Source: Spizellomyces punctatus DAOM BR117
Lineage: Eukaryota
Assembly (NCBI GenBank): GCA_000182565.2
Contig: KQ257458.1
Length of the DNA stretch: 64,000 bases
Direction: 5' to 3' (one strand)
Numbering within the stretch: the first letter of the stretch is position 1; every line of letters begins with the position of its first letter. Below, in pieces: positions 62,547 to 64,000 of the stretch. The position numbers and the translations under genes were made by a program. The notes beneath the pieces were generated by a model. It saw only the letters and a program-made list of their open reading frames with translations, made no database searches and had not been told where the DNA came from.

Positions 62547-64000
62547 CTACCGGACTTCAATACTCAAGATGTGTATATCTTCAAAGGGCTTATCCGTCTT
62601 GTCTGTCCTGGCAGCTTCAATACGCTGGATGACATCCATTCCACCGGTAGCTCGTCCGAAAATAGTGTGCTTATTGTCCAACCATGGCTATATACAGGAT
62701 CAAACCATGAGCATTATTCACCGCACCGCGGCATGAGAATCAGTATGAGACTGCGCACTCACCGTTGGCACTGTAGTAATGAAGAATTGACTGCCATTGG
62801 TGTTGGGTCCAACATTCGCCATACTTAAGGTGTATGGCCGATCATGCTTGACCGCACGGTTGAACTCATCCTCGAAATCGTTACCCCATAAGCTTTCGCC
62901 TCCGGTACCATCACCAAAAGGATCCCCAGTTTGAATCATAAATCCTTTGATCACTCGATGGAAGATCACATTATCATAATAGCCCTTCTTCGCCAGGCCC
63001 ACAAAGTTCTCGACCGCCTTGGGGGCATACTCGGGAAACAATCTAACGTGAATGTCGCCATAAGATGTATGAATTATGGCAGAGCTTCCAAGTGTGCGCG
63101 AAAGATTGGACTGTGCTGCCGCAACGGTCTGCTCTTCGCGAGAAGGCTTTTCGTTAAATATATCGCGTCCTGTGCTGCTGCCACCTGATTCCTCAGAATC
63201 GGCATCACGTTTCGAAAAACAGTAGAACCGGTTCCGCTTATATGCCGTGCAAAAAAGCGTCGGATCCAGAGCTTCGGTCTCTTTGTACACCGGATTGTCC
63301 GACGCCGCCATTGCAAGTGTAATCAGTCCCTTCTTTCGAGGAGCTCCTTGATATAATGCCACATTCAGGAATCTCTGTGTCTCGGCTTTGCCGATAAGCC
63401 GCACCACCTTGTTGGTTCGAATATTCACTACTTTAATCCCAAGAAGTGTGGGATATATCACGAAGTTGCCCGACTCGTCAAAAACTGCATTTGCTGTCGC
63501 ACTCTGTCCACCTTTCACCTTTTCTATCTCTCGTTCAATGGCCAAGCGTCGTCCGAACTCCATGTCGTCTAACGAGTATATGGCGGTTCCAGCCTGCTGC
63601 ATCTCGGACACTACAGTCAAGCTTTCATCATACTTGCGGATCAGCTTGCCACTACGGAAATTGAAAACTCTAATTTGTCGATCACTGAATCCAAATGTGA
63701 CAAATTTAGAAAAATCTGGCGAAAAGGTCAGGGAAGAGGGTGCTTTCTTCGCCTGAAAGGGTTTGTTTCAGTATATCGTATCTTCCCAGAATCAAACAAT
63801 AAGTGCCCACCTTTTTGAATTCATAAAGATCAGTGTCGCTTTTGAATTCCCAGTCAACCACAGGCGGGCTAGGTAAAGTATACCCGCTATCCACATCGGG
63901 ATGCCAATACTCGACCATTCCTCCGCTATCCACACTGACAATCACATCCGCTACCGGGTTATAACGCATGATATGAACTGGATCGACATGCAAATTGTTG
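62547..64000 (-). CDS. PPWD1: WD40 plus cyclophilin protein PPWD1 (5' partial)
   Basis: [81 protein letters not shown]. Confidence 0.95.

Noticed and set aside
1-64000. CRISPR arrays, tRNA/rRNA genes, prokaryotic operons
   Set aside because: The sequence is spliceosomal-intron-rich eukaryotic DNA, and no repeat-spacer array or structured RNA gene was recognised by eye. A covariance-model scan was not possible.

Overview
Eukaryotic, intron-rich fungal genomic DNA with short GT-AG introns and one 100-N gap at 6770-6869. Chitin synthase, GH16 and Prm1 mark it as fungal. Genes absent from budding yeast (TMEM18, ZNF277, HAUS1, TPR-bearing Mps1) point to an early-diverging lineage, plausibly a chytrid (inference). 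About 20 protein-coding genes in order: WD40 protein (partial), F-BAR protein, GH16 glucanase, HSF-type factor, chitin synthase, decayed retrotransposon gag, REI1, DPB3-like histone fold, bromodomain protein, HBS1/SKI7, TEL1/ATM, PRM1, MPS1, Mit_KHE1 protein, TMEM18, ZNF277, CCDC124, membrane alkaline-phosphatase-superfamily protein, multi-TM protein, HAUS1, FHA-forkhead factor, PPWD1 (partial). Most notable: a 1449-nt in-frame-skippable exon in HBS1 carrying Ski7/HBS1LV3 motifs, an intact PRM1, 4-18 nt microexons at catalytic motifs, an 83-bp frameshifting duplication in the HSF gene, and an unusual membrane phosphodiesterase-like protein. Exon boundaries were read by eye and family calls come from remembered motifs, not database searches.
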